From assembly GCA_012295275.1 (NCBI GenBank), contig CM022670.1, positions 3,782,001-3,846,000 of the forward strand: DNA of 64,000 bases, given 5' to 3'. This DNA comes from Chrysomallon squamiferum. Taxonomy: Eukaryota > Animalia > Mollusca. The notes under the pieces were generated by a model, which did not search any database, had not been told where the DNA came from, and saw only the letters and a list, made by a program, of their open reading frames with translations. Below, in pieces: positions 62,599 to 64,000 of the stretch. Numbering within the stretch: the stretch's first letter is position 1; each line of letters begins with the position of its first letter. A program made the translations under genes and the position numbers.

Positions 62599-64000
62599 TC
62601 ACTGTGGAAGAAGACAACAGGGAAGGTCCAGTCTCACAGACTTAGAAGAAGGTGGGGTGCTGAAGAGCACAGAACTCCAGCAAGCACCTGGAACCACCGA
62701 GCTCTTGGCTGGATCGGCCACAGAATGACAGGAAAGGTCAAGAAGTCCGTTCTTGAGATCTCTCTGCGAGATCTTCAGCTCCAGGTCACTTCGACACACG
62801 ACAGACGTGTTCTGCAGGCCAAGACTAGCGTCAGAGTCTGGAGAGTCTGGGTGAGTGATGGGACTTCTAGAAAGATCTAAGGGTGTGTCTTGAGACTTGT
62901 CCATCTCATCACAGCAGGAAGGTGGCTCCACTTTGAGGACTGACAGGGGCAGAGGTGGCAAAGTCTTTGGTAAAATGTCTGAGAAGTGTGATGTGACCAT
63001 CGACACGTTCCCACTGAGAATCTGAGCTGACATCAGCGCGTGGGACTGTCCCGACATCGGCAGAGGAGTGGGCAACTGGAAGATGTTGTTCTGCAGAGGA
63101 ACGAAGTGCGAGTTCTGCGGGTTTAACACGAGGCCCTGTGGACCGATGTTTATCACACTGGCCAGCGATGATGATGATGACAACGATGATGATGATGACA
63201 AAGTTGAAGCTGGGGTGTGAGAAGGAGCTGTTTTTCTAACCCTCGATGTGAAGCAGTCGTTGTCATGGCGGTAGAAGTGTCCGTGCGTACGTACGTGTTT
63301 GCGCAGTGAGCTGGGGTCTGTGTAGCGCTTGCTGCATCCTGGCATTTTACACAGGTACGGCTTCTCCTCCTGGTGTGTGCGCACGTGCTTGAACCGGTCG
63401 CTCGAGTTGGAATACGCTTTGTGACAACCCTCGAACGGACAAACGTACGGTTTCTCTCCTGAAATGAATAAGCATGGTAAGTTGTAAACACAGATAATGT
63501 GTGTGTGTGTCTGTGTGTCTCTGTGTGTGTGTGTGTATACATCTTCTGAATGAATGAATGAATGGACAAATAAAGGAATGAATAAATGAATATTTAATAT
63601 ATTTGAATTTTATACAGCCCCTATTAATTAATTTTGTTTTCATATTAATGGTTTTTTCTAACTCTGCACATTTGTTGTGAATAAATTTGCACTTGTATAA
63701 ATTTATAAATATTTCATATAACCATAATTTCAATTTTAGACCTGGGTGTTATTCCCATTTTAAATACATAATTTTAATTGAATTTCATTTTAACATTTCA
63801 GATAGGTAATTTACTGACACACTTGTAATTCATTTCATATATCTAAAAACATTCCCTATACCTTTCTTTTTTCTTTTTTTTCATATTTCAGACATATGTA
63901 ATATCATATAATGGTTCATTTACCTGATTTTTTTCATTTTTACCTGTAACTTTGACCTTACCTGTATGTGACCTTTTGTGTATCTTGAGATTTTCCAGCC
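62599..64000 (-). CDS. GLIS2: GLIS2-type Gli-similar C2H2 zinc-finger transcription factor, 3' part only (end of ZF3, ZF4, ZF5, C-terminal tail)
   Basis: The exon running from beyond 64000 to 63962 ([12 protein letters not shown]) splices to the last exon 63458-62599 ([29 protein letters not shown]...[25 protein letters not shown]). SDRFKH and CKMPGC fit GLIS2/sugarbabe rather than GLIS1/3 (SDRAKH). The gene continues beyond the window. Confidence 0.9.

Noticed and set aside
62566-63733. Overlapping ORFs 62566-62880 (+), 63153-63569 (-) and 63347-63733 (-)
   Set aside because: They are antisense or alternative-frame shadows of the GLIS2 last exon and the adjacent intron.

Overview
AT-rich, microsatellite-dense animal genomic DNA with GT-AG introns. 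An invertebrate, possibly a mollusc, is likely, but the taxon cannot be fixed from the sequence. Splicing exons by hand gives five genes: an SLC26 (prestin/pendrin-type) anion transporter (+, 13445 to 27463 or 29117), NFXL1 (+, 35379-46297, about 875 aa), LRRC59 (-, 50621-54602, about 334 aa), PAM16/Magmas (+, 54932-57366, 124 aa, head-to-head with LRRC59) and the 3' end of GLIS2 (-, 62599 to beyond 64000). Most ORFs in the supplied track are microsatellite or intronic artefacts. The most striking unexplained pattern is repeated short tandem duplication of splice sites: 15 copies of a donor in NFXL1, a duplicated acceptor in NFXL1, an acceptor array in SLC26, and an in-frame second donor that would put 6 aa into the ZF3-ZF4 linker of GLIS2, like WT1 +KTS. 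Also seen: a PDZ-motif switch or frameshift at the SLC26 C-terminus, a candidate spliced transcript divergent from NFXL1, human-like GLIS2-PAM16 convergent linkage, a sharp CpG-rich/CpG-poor boundary, a DR4 element and DNA-transposon relics. No CRISPR array, tRNA or rRNA was found. All coordinates were read by eye, and comparisons to human genes are from memory.
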